Assembly: GCF_003945235.1 (NCBI RefSeq)
Contig: NZ_RSDW01000001.1
Coordinates: forward strand, 1,980,001-2,012,000
Reading direction: 5' to 3'
Length of the DNA: 32,000 bases
Source of the DNA: Edaphobacter aggregans
GTDB taxonomy: Bacteria > Acidobacteriota > Terriglobia > Terriglobales > Acidobacteriaceae
Of the stretch, positions 9,042-16,883 are shown one piece after another. Under the pieces are notes generated by a model that saw only the letters and a program-made list of their open reading frames with translations, did no database searches and was not told the origin of the DNA. The position numbers and the translations under genes were made by a program. Position 1 is the stretch's first letter, and every line of letters begins with the position of its first letter.

Positions 9042-9966
9042 GGTGTGAAATCTCCATAAACAGCTTGAACCGCTCGTCGATCTCTTCCCGCGTCACGCCC
9101 TGCAAACGCTCGGTCCCAAACTTCTCCACCGCAAACGAGCCCATCACGCCGCCGTAGAACATCGCCGTACGAAACACCGCAGGAGTCAACTCAGGCTGCG
9201 ATGCAAGATAGCCATAGAACCCACCAGCAAAGGAGTCACCAGCACCCGTCGGATCGACAACCTCAGCCAGTGGCAACGCCGGCGCACGAAAAGGGTGCGA
9301 TGCCTTGATGCCGTCACCAAACGACCGGTCTCCAAAGAACGAAGTCGCACCATACTCGCCATGCTTCACGACCAGCGTCTTCGGCCCCATCTCCAACACT
9401 TTCTTCGCAGCCAGCACAAGATTTTTCTCTCCCGCCAGCATCCGCGCCTCGCCATCATTGATCAGCAGCACATCCAGCTCACGCAGCACCTTCGCCAGAT
9501 TCGCAGCATGATCGGCGATCCAGTAGTTCATCGTGTCGCCGCACACCATCTTTACATTCGGCATCTGGCTACGAACCCGCGCCTGCAGCACCGGATCGAT
9601 GTTCGCCAGAAAAAGATACTCGCTGTCCTTGTAAGCCTCGGGAATCTTCGGCTCGAAGTTCGCAAACACGTTCAAATCCGTACCCAGCGTCTGCGCCTCG
9701 TTCAGAGAGTTCACATACGATCCCGTCCAGTGGAAGCTAAGCCCATCAGCCCGCTCCAGGCCGCGCGTATCAATTCCACGCCGCGTCAGCACCGCCTCGT
9801 GCTCCGCCGTAAAGTCCTTGCCCACAACAGCAATCACACGGACCGGCGTAAAGTAGCTGGCCGCAAGAGCAAAGTGAGTCGCAGCCCCACCCAGGCAATG
9901 ATCCACCGCACCATGCGGCGTCTGAATGCTATCGAACGCTACCGATCCAACGACAAGAATTGACAT
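9022..9966 (-). CDS. PfkB-family carbohydrate/nucleoside kinase
   Basis: N-terminal GG lid motif (CLGGAATHFA) and the C-terminal PfkB signature DPTGAGDSFAGGF. The substrate cannot be deduced. Adjacency to mtnP is compatible with adenosine or another nucleoside/sugar. Confidence 0.8.
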   Translation of the reverse strand: MSILVVGSVAFDSIQTPHGAVDHCLGGAATHFALAASYFTPVRVIAVVGKDFTAEHEAVLTRRGIDTRGLERADGLSFHWTGSYVNSLNEAQTLGTDLNVFANFEPKIPEAYKDSEYLFLANIDPVLQARVRSQMPNVKMVCGDTMNYWIADHAANLAKVLRELDVLLINDGEARMLAGEKNLVLAAKKVLEMGPKTLVVKHGEYGATSFFGDRSFGDGIKASHPFRAPALPLAEVVDPTGAGDSFAGGFYGYLASQPELTPAVFRTAMFYGGVMGSFAVEKFGTERLQGVTREEIDERFKLFMEISHLDTTRA

Positions 9967-10047
9967 GAGTTCCTTCTGAATAAAATGAGAAATTCAACCT
10001 GAAGCAATGCTGCTCAAAGCAGCATCAACATAAGCCCAAACGAAATC

Positions 10048-10911
10048 TTACAAATACTTCTCCAACAGCAACGAAAGCTTCTGCCTCGTCTCCGCTGGAA
10101 TCACCTTGCGGTCAGTCAGAATCGCGTACTTCAGCGCACTGGCGCACGCGCAGTCCCTTTCGCCCTTCGGCATAGCGGCCACTGCCGCTTTCACAACCTT
10201 CGCCGCGTTCTCTGAGTTCTGGTGCATCACCGCAACAATCTGATCGACAGTCACATCATCATGGCCTTCGCGCCAGCAATCGTAATCGGTCACCATCGCC
10301 ATCGTTGCATAGCAAATCTCTGCCTCGCGAGCCAGCTTCGCCTCCTGCAGATTCGTCATCCCAATCACATCCGCGCCCCAGCTGCGGTAAAGATTCGACT
10401 CTGCCCTCGTCGAAAACTGCGGCCCTTCCATGCAAACATACGTCCCGCCGTTCTTCCCGACCACACCAACCGCAGCGCACGCCTTCTCAAACACCGAAGC
10501 CACCGTCGCACACACCGGATCACCAAAACCCACATGTGCCACAACACCATCACCAAAGAACGTCGACGTACGCGCAAACGTACGGTCGATGAACTGATCC
10601 GGCATCACAAAATCCGTAGGCTTATGCTCTTCCTTCAGCGAGCCCACCGCAGACACCGACAGAATTCGCTCCACTCCCAATGCCTTCATTGCATAAATAT
10701 TCGCGCGAAAGTTCAACTCCGTCGGCAGCAGCTTGTGCCCACGTCCATGCCGAGCCAGAAAAGCAACCTGGCGCCTCTCAAGCTCGCCCAGAATAAACGC
10801 ATCGGACGGGTCCCCAAACGGCGTCTCAACACGCTCTTCACGCACTCCGGTAAGTCCCGGCATGGCATACAGACCGCTGCCGCCGATGATTCCAATCTCT
10901 GCCTTGCTCAA
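10048..10911 (-). CDS. mtnP: S-methyl-5'-thioadenosine phosphorylase
   Basis: IGIIGGSGLY, ARHGRGH, CMEGPQFSTRAES, GMTNLQEAKLAREAE and MVTDYDCW. The track start at 10983 overlaps the upstream gene by 59 nt. The in-frame TTG at 10911 has GGAG 8 nt upstream, lies after that gene's stop, and gives the usual short N-terminus (LSKAEIGIIGG). Confidence 0.85.
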   Translation of the reverse strand: MSKAEIGIIGGSGLYAMPGLTGVREERVETPFGDPSDAFILGELERRQVAFLARHGRGHKLLPTELNFRANIYAMKALGVERILSVSAVGSLKEEHKPTDFVMPDQFIDRTFARTSTFFGDGVVAHVGFGDPVCATVASVFEKACAAVGVVGKNGGTYVCMEGPQFSTRAESNLYRSWGADVIGMTNLQEAKLAREAEICYATMAMVTDYDCWREGHDDVTVDQIVAVMHQNSENAAKVVKAAVAAMPKGERDCACASALKYAILTDRKVIPAETRQKLSLLLEKYL

Positions 10912-10924
10912 ATGCTTCGCTCCT

Positions 10925-12505
10925 CTACCGGACGTGATCCGGCCCCATCGCTGTGGTGTGTCCTTCAGAAGTATATCGTCCAATGCCGCCAGCCTTCATG
11001 ACGCCGAACGACGAAAGCCCCCGTGCCATCGTCAACGCAGGCTCATGCAACTCCGGCGCTCCTGCAACCTGCAACGGCGCATCCGACTGCACGCTCTGAA
11101 TCCGATCACGCAGTTTCCGCGCTAGCGCCAGATCAAACCCTTCGCTTACAAAAACTCCAGCGCCCGAGATCGAAAGATACACATCGCCTTCATTGGTCGA
11201 ATACACCTGCTCGCTATCGTCCAATTCATCCTTCGATCGCCGCACCACACCCGAGTACTTCCGCGGAATCTGCGCCGAATAGATACGCAAAAAAGTCCGC
11301 GCCGAGTCTGGATTCTTCCACCGCGAGCTATACAAAAGCCCAATCGATGCCGTGGATTCCTTCTGTGCGTCCGTCACGGCCGACTTGCGCTGCGCCGCGT
11401 AGTACACGCCACCGTTCCAAGCCGGAGCCAGCGCATCCGCAATCTCGCGTCCGCCAAACAGCTCCGCCAGAATCCGTACATCCAGCTCACCCATCACGCC
11501 CAGGTCATACGGCGTGTAATCCGCCTCGATCAGCGGATGAATATCCGGCAAATGCAGCACCGGCACCGGCGTATGCCTCATATAAGCCGCCGGATGCATA
11601 ATCTCGAAGCTCGACGACGGCGGATTCGCCAGCACGCCCGCAAACGCCGCCTCCTTACCCGCCTTCACCAGAATCGCCTGCTCAAACCCCAGCCCCTCGC
11701 TATAAGGAAACAGCAGCGACTCCTGCAACAGCAGCGGAGCCCGCGCCATCACTGGCGACCCGCCATTATCCGCCACCGAATCCTTCATCTTGTCCGCAAG
11801 CTCGGGAGCATCCGCAATCGTCTTCCCCGTCGACCGCATCGTGTAGTCGATAAACACGGCCATTGCCTGCCCTTCAGCTACAGCTTCACGAGCCGTCTCT
11901 GCCTCATCCACCTGCAGATGCTTGTTATCGTCGGCCACAGTGTACGAGATCCCCGTCAAGCTCACATCCGACCACTTCGTCAGCCCCACACGCTGATCCT
12001 GCAACGCGTGAGTCAACTCATGCGCCAGCACAGGCTTCTGCTCGTCCGGTTGAATCCAGTCCAGCAGATTCACCGTCTTCGTCTTGTTGTCATAGAAGCC
12101 CGCAATCTGCTCCGTCAGCAACGCAAGAAGAAACGGCCGCAGATGAAAATCCCGATCCAGCAGACCAAACTTCTTCAGCACAATCTCGGAACGCTCCATC
12201 CGCTTCGCGCTCTCATCCTCATCGAACTTCGCCTTGAGATAATGATTGACCTCATCCCGCGATATCAGCTTCCGCTTCACGCTGTGTTCGATAGGCAGCT
12301 TCGTATCACTGCTGACAAAGCCCAGAATCTCATCCACCGAGCGAAAGAGATCCTTCGCCTGATCCTTCGTCATCCGCGTCTCATTCGACGCATCAGCCGA
12401 GGCCTGCACACCGTCCAGCGTCCCCGCAAAACCCACCTGTGCCAGACCGACCAACAACACGGCCGCCGCAATCCAGCCCCTGCTCCAAACTCTTCGCTGC
12501 AACAT
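10925..12505 (-). CDS. Secreted hypothetical protein with HExxH zinc-metallopeptidase motif
   Basis: Signal peptide MLQRRVWSRGWIAAAVLLVGLAQVGFAG. A single HExxH occurs in VLAHELTHALQDQ. Codon bias matches - strand genes, so coding is well supported; the function is only motif-level. Confidence 0.55.
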   Translation of the reverse strand: MLQRRVWSRGWIAAAVLLVGLAQVGFAGTLDGVQASADASNETRMTKDQAKDLFRSVDEILGFVSSDTKLPIEHSVKRKLISRDEVNHYLKAKFDEDESAKRMERSEIVLKKFGLLDRDFHLRPFLLALLTEQIAGFYDNKTKTVNLLDWIQPDEQKPVLAHELTHALQDQRVGLTKWSDVSLTGISYTVADDNKHLQVDEAETAREAVAEGQAMAVFIDYTMRSTGKTIADAPELADKMKDSVADNGGSPVMARAPLLLQESLLFPYSEGLGFEQAILVKAGKEAAFAGVLANPPSSSFEIMHPAAYMRHTPVPVLHLPDIHPLIEADYTPYDLGVMGELDVRILAELFGGREIADALAPAWNGGVYYAAQRKSAVTDAQKESTASIGLLYSSRWKNPDSARTFLRIYSAQIPRKYSGVVRRSKDELDDSEQVYSTNEGDVYLSISGAGVFVSEGFDLALARKLRDRIQSVQSDAPLQVAGAPELHEPALTMARGLSSFGVMKAGGIGRYTSEGHTTAMGPDHVR

Positions 12506-12564
12506 ATCCCTCTCAATCGACCGCTATAATCAAGTGTACGCAGAGTTTCACGTTACCGCCCACC

Positions 12565-13611
12565 ATGGCCCCCACCGCCCAATCCGAAATCACCAACCCG
12601 GCCGCGACCCAGCTCAACGCTCTGCTCGACAAAGCCGCAATATTCCCCCTCAACGAAACCGGCTGGATCCGCGCCACCGGCGAAGACCGAGTCCGCTGGC
12701 TCAACGGCATGGTCACCAACTCCATTCAGGACCTCAAACCCGGCAAAGGCTCCTACAGCTTCGTTCTCAGCGTGCAAGGTCGCATCCAGGGCGACGCCTA
12801 CATCTACGCCGAACCCGACGCCCTCCTCCTCGAAACCGCTTCCGCGCAAGTTCCCGGCCTCATGGCCCTCCTCGACCGCTTCATCATCATGGACGACGTA
12901 GAGTTATCCGACGTCTCAGCCACCCGCTCCGGCCTATCCATCGCAGGCCCCGAAGCCGCAGCCCTCCTCGCAAAGCTCGGTCTAAACGTCGAACACCTCG
13001 CACCCCTGGACCTCCAAACCACCGAGTGGAACTCCACCCCCGTCACCATCATCCACGCTCACAGCCCACTCGTCCCCCGCTTCGAGCTCTGGGCCGACAC
13101 CGCAACCATCGCCTCCCTCTCGCAGGCCCTGCTCGCCGCCGGAGCCGTCACCACCGCCCCCGAGAGCCTCGAATACCTCCGCATCCTCGAAGGCACCCCG
13201 CTCTACGGCAAAGACATCCGCGACCGCGAGCTCCCTCAGGAGACCGCCCAGGCCCGCGCCCTGCACTTCAACAAGGGCTGCTACTTGGGTCAGGAGATCG
13301 TCGAGCGCATCCGTTCCCGCGGCAACGTACATCGCACCTTCAGCGCCTTCCGCCTCGAAGGAGATCTACCCCCGGCTGGATCGATGCTCGAAGCCGAAGG
13401 CAAACAAATCGGCGAACTAACCAGCACTGCCTCCATCCCGCTTCCATCAAATCCCGTGCAGCTCGCGCTAGGCTATGCACGCCGCGAAGCCTTGGACCGC
13501 GGCCTCCCGCTCACCTATTCCGGCGGCATCGCCATACCTATCGCCATCCCTTTTTCGCCCGCTGAAGCCCCAGGGCAATCACCAGCATCTGAATCTCCCG
13601 AAAGAGCCTAA
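12565..13611 (+). CDS. ygfZ: Folate-binding YgfZ/CAF17 family protein (GcvT-like aminomethyltransferase fold)
   Basis: GWIRATGEDRVRWLNGMVTNSI and the family signature FNKGCYLGQEIVERIRSRG. I take the ATG at 12565; the track start at 12439 would overlap the divergent upstream gene. Confidence 0.8.
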   Translation: MAPTAQSEITNPAATQLNALLDKAAIFPLNETGWIRATGEDRVRWLNGMVTNSIQDLKPGKGSYSFVLSVQGRIQGDAYIYAEPDALLLETASAQVPGLMALLDRFIIMDDVELSDVSATRSGLSIAGPEAAALLAKLGLNVEHLAPLDLQTTEWNSTPVTIIHAHSPLVPRFELWADTATIASLSQALLAAGAVTTAPESLEYLRILEGTPLYGKDIRDRELPQETAQARALHFNKGCYLGQEIVERIRSRGNVHRTFSAFRLEGDLPPAGSMLEAEGKQIGELTSTASIPLPSNPVQLALGYARREALDRGLPLTYSGGIAIPIAIPFSPAEAPGQSPASESPERA

Positions 13612-13613
13612 TT

Positions 13614-14240
13614 ATGTCCGAAAAGAACAAGCCCTTCGTCATCACCGACCGCCGCAAGTTCACCCTCGACGGCGAGCCCCGCCCCGACGCCGACCCATCC
13701 CCCGAGAAAGAAAGCCGCGAGCCCGCAGCAGCCGCGCCTCCGCCGGCACCCACTGCCATTCCCGAACCGCCCGCCGCACCACAAGCCGAAGAGCCGGAGC
13801 ACGACCTGCCCCCCGCGCCCACAGCCGAGCAGACCGAGCAGTCCCGCCGTGCCTACGAGATGACCGCCGAGCGCCTCGACACCGCGATCCGCGCTGCAAA
13901 CCCCGGCGCCGACCATCCCCCGGCCATGAGCTTCGACCAGCTCGTCCAGTCCGTCTACCTCACCGCCATGATGCAGCTCGGCGGGGCCACTCCCGAGGGC
14001 CAGCAGCCCCAGGTCGACCTCATGGGCGCGCGCCAAAGCATCGACATGCTGGGTGTCCTCGCTGAAAAAACCAAGGGCAACCTCACCCCAGACGAAGACC
14101 GCCTCCTCGAAAGCGCCCTCTTCGAACTCCGCATGGCCTTCCTCGAGATCACCCAGGCCCTCGCCCGCTCCGCCGCCGCCAAAGCCGGATCGCCCACAGG
14201 TGGCCGTCCAAACCCCGTCGGCCCGAGTATCGTTCGCTAA
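13614..14240 (+). CDS. DUF1844 domain-containing protein
   Basis: N-terminal KPFVITDRRKF, a Pro/Ala/Glu-rich linker, then FDQLVQSVYLTAMMQLGG...VDLMGARQSIDMLGVLAEKTKGNLTPDEDRLLESALFELRMAFLE. As I recall, this is the DUF1844 pattern. It starts 2 nt after the ygfZ-like stop. Confidence 0.7.
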   Translation: MSEKNKPFVITDRRKFTLDGEPRPDADPSPEKESREPAAAAPPPAPTAIPEPPAAPQAEEPEHDLPPAPTAEQTEQSRRAYEMTAERLDTAIRAANPGADHPPAMSFDQLVQSVYLTAMMQLGGATPEGQQPQVDLMGARQSIDMLGVLAEKTKGNLTPDEDRLLESALFELRMAFLEITQALARSAAAKAGSPTGGRPNPVGPSIVR

Positions 14241-14243
14241 ACG

Positions 14244-15059
14244 ATGGAGGCAACCCTCACCTTTCTCGGCACCGGAACCTCCATGGGCGTCCCCACGCTC
14301 GGTTGCGACTGCGCCGTCTGCACCTCCGCCGTCTCTCCCGGCGGAGACCCGCGCAACCGCCGCACCCGGCCCTCCATCCGCCTCGCCTACAACGACCACA
14401 TCGTCCTCATCGACACTGGCCCCGACTTCTACGCTCAGGCCATCCGCGAGAACCTCCGCCACGTCGACGCCGTCCTCTACACCCACGGCCACGCTGACCA
14501 CATCATGGGCTTCGACGACCTGCGCCCCCTCAGCTTCCACCACAAAGGCAACCTGCCCATCTACGCCGACGACCACACCGCCGCCACCATCGAGCGTGTC
14601 TTCGACTACACCTTCCGCACCGAAAACCGCCACCCCACCAGCGCCCGCGTCACCATCCACCGCATCGACCCCACCCCCGGCGCCGGCTTCGACCTCTTCG
14701 GAGCCTGTTTCCGCCGCATCCCCGTCACCCACGGCCGCCAGCAGATCACCGGCTACCGCTTCGGCAGCGCCGCCTACATCACCGACATGAGCGACATCCC
14801 GGACGAGAGTATCCCGCTCCTGCAAGACCTCGACGTCCTCATCCTCGACGCCCTGCGCCGCGACCCGCACTTCAGCCACTCGCACTTGGAAAAATCCATC
14901 GGCTTCGTCGAAAAACTAAAACCCCGCCGGGCCCTCTTCACCCACATGAGTCACGACCTCGACCACGCAGCCACCGAAGCCGAACTCCCACCCCACATCC
15001 GTCTGGCCTACGATGGCCAGCAGATCACCTTCGAGATTGCCGCGGAGAGTACTGCATGA
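14244..15059 (+). CDS. MBL-fold metallo-hydrolase (PhnP/GPMB-like)
   Basis: TFLGTGTSMGVPTLGCDCAVC, metal motif YTHGHADHIMGFDDL, and later H/D ligands (FTHMSHD). Confidence 0.8.
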   Translation: MEATLTFLGTGTSMGVPTLGCDCAVCTSAVSPGGDPRNRRTRPSIRLAYNDHIVLIDTGPDFYAQAIRENLRHVDAVLYTHGHADHIMGFDDLRPLSFHHKGNLPIYADDHTAATIERVFDYTFRTENRHPTSARVTIHRIDPTPGAGFDLFGACFRRIPVTHGRQQITGYRFGSAAYITDMSDIPDESIPLLQDLDVLILDALRRDPHFSHSHLEKSIGFVEKLKPRRALFTHMSHDLDHAATEAELPPHIRLAYDGQQITFEIAAESTA

Positions 15060-15823
15060 GAATCCTTCTGAAACTTTTGCTGCTGCTGTCCGCCAGTCAG
15101 CTTGCCCTCGCACAGCGCGCTACCTTTACTCTGCCCGAGACAGGACAAGTCATCACGTTCTCATTTCACCCCGTGTCGGACCCTAGCGATAACTTCGACT
15201 CTGTTGACGTGACCTCCGCTGACAAACACTTTCATTTCCCGGCAAAGAATACAGTCGCTCGGTTTCCTGCAACCGCTAAAGAACGGCGAGCAGAAGGATT
15301 TTGGATCGACATCCCGGGCTTAAAACTTCACCCCTCGCGATACTTTCTCGTCGGCAACTATGGAACCGCTACTGATGTTCATTCCCTTCTGTTCTTTGTT
15401 GGGGCAGCTTACGCTAGCGAAGCATCCCCGTTACTTGTCCTTGGCTTTTCTGCAACGGGCGAGCCATACAAGGTACTTGAGCGTCAATATCTGGATGTAA
15501 CTTCATTTCAATTGGCTCCCGATGGCACTCCCCTTATAGTCGGCAAAGACGCTCTCTCAGAGGTTATGCGCGGAGATGGTGGCAACGGCTCCGCCAAGCC
15601 ATACGCGACTACCTACGACCCCTTCTCAGTGTTCACATTGCGTTCAGGAGAGAAGGCTGTTTATTCGTTAGAGGAATCTCGTAACTACAACCTGAAGCAC
15701 TATGTATGGGCAGGTCCTCACTCTCGCGAAGACTTTGCGGTCTTCTATAACATTCCTGGGCATCCGAAACCGCTTGGTGCGCCGATTTCGCGTGCGGAAA
15801 CTCTTCTCGGAGGAAGTAAATAA
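15056..15823 (+). CDS. Hypothetical secreted protein (no recognisable domain)
   Basis: Signal peptide MRILLKLLLLLSASQLALAQ. The ATG overlaps the MBL gene stop (ATGA). G+C is lower and codon endings are mixed, unlike neighbouring + strand genes. I recognise no motif. Confidence 0.6.
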   Translation: MRILLKLLLLLSASQLALAQRATFTLPETGQVITFSFHPVSDPSDNFDSVDVTSADKHFHFPAKNTVARFPATAKERRAEGFWIDIPGLKLHPSRYFLVGNYGTATDVHSLLFFVGAAYASEASPLLVLGFSATGEPYKVLERQYLDVTSFQLAPDGTPLIVGKDALSEVMRGDGGNGSAKPYATTYDPFSVFTLRSGEKAVYSLEESRNYNLKHYVWAGPHSREDFAVFYNIPGHPKPLGAPISRAETLLGGSK

Positions 15824-15881
15824 AGCGCACTCATCATCACAGAATGAATGTGAATGATCGGTTTCCGCCAATCCGACAGTC

Positions 15882-16883
15882 ATGAAGATCTATCGCCAAC
15901 TCGCCGATCTCCCCGCTAACTTCGGCCCCTCCATTGCCACCATCGGCAACTTCGACGGAGTCCATCGCGGCCACCAGTGGGTCATCGCCGAAGTCGTCGC
16001 CCGCGCCCGCGAACTCAACCAAACCTCCGTCGCCATCACCTTCGACCCCCATCCCGCGCGAGTCCTCCGCCCCGACGCAAGCCTCCCGCTCATATCGCCC
16101 CTCATCCGCAAGCTAGAACTCCTCGAAACCACGGGCCTCGACGCTGTCCTCGTCCTCCCCTTCACCGAAGAGCTCTCCCAGCACACCGCGCGCGCCTTCG
16201 CCACCGACGTCCTGCAGCAAGCCCTCCACGTCACCGAGTTGCATGAGGGCGAAAACTTCCGCTTCGGCTATCAGGCCGAGGCCGGCATCGAAAGCCTCGA
16301 AGCCCTTGGCCGCGAACTAGGCTTCTCCGTCCGCATCTACTCCCCCCGCACTCTTCGCGGAGGCCCCGTCTCCTCCAGCCGCATCCGCCAGCTCATCGCC
16401 GCAGGAGACGTCAGCCACGCCCGCGCCCTCCTCGGCCAGCCCTTCTCCATCGACTCCACTCCAGCCTCAGGACGCGGCTACGGCACTCGCTACACCGTCC
16501 CCACCATCAACCTCGCGCCCTACAACGAACTCCTGCCCGCCAACGGCGTCTACATCACCACCCTCACCATCGGCACCGGTCCCTCAGCCGAAACCTTCGA
16601 CGCCGTCACCAACGTAGGCAACCGCCCCACCTTCGGCGCCGACTCCTTCACCGTAGAATCCCACCTGCTCAACTTCCACCCTGTCGAACTTACCGAGCAA
16701 ACCCCGCTCACCCTCACCTTCCTCAAGCGGCTTCGCGCAGAAATCCGGTTTCCTTCACCCGAGGCCCTACGAGAACAGATCGGCCGAGACGTCCGTCAAG
16801 CCCAGCGTTACTTCACTCTTTGTCGGCTGGTGGCTTCGAAACCCCACTCCTCGGCTCATCCGACGGCTTTGCTGGCGCCGTAG
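15882..16883 (+). CDS. ribF: Bifunctional riboflavin kinase / FMN adenylyltransferase
   Basis: IGNFDGVHRGHQ (nucleotidyltransferase HxGH), SSSRIRQLI, and the kinase part GYGTRYTVPTINL, VESHLLNF, FLKRLRAEIRFPSPEALREQIGRD. A C-terminal extension of about 20 aa overlaps the PBP1A 3' end. Confidence 0.9.
   Translation: MKIYRQLADLPANFGPSIATIGNFDGVHRGHQWVIAEVVARARELNQTSVAITFDPHPARVLRPDASLPLISPLIRKLELLETTGLDAVLVLPFTEELSQHTARAFATDVLQQALHVTELHEGENFRFGYQAEAGIESLEALGRELGFSVRIYSPRTLRGGPVSSSRIRQLIAAGDVSHARALLGQPFSIDSTPASGRGYGTRYTVPTINLAPYNELLPANGVYITTLTIGTGPSAETFDAVTNVGNRPTFGADSFTVESHLLNFHPVELTEQTPLTLTFLKRLRAEIRFPSPEALREQIGRDVRQAQRYFTLCRLVASKPHSSAHPTALLAP

Noticed and set aside
13608-14885. 425-aa ORF on the - strand spanning the DUF1844 and MBL genes
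   Set aside because: Gly/Ala/Val/Asp low-complexity translation with no motif. It is antisense to two genes with clear family signatures and proper + strand codon bias. This is a typical high-GC shadow ORF.
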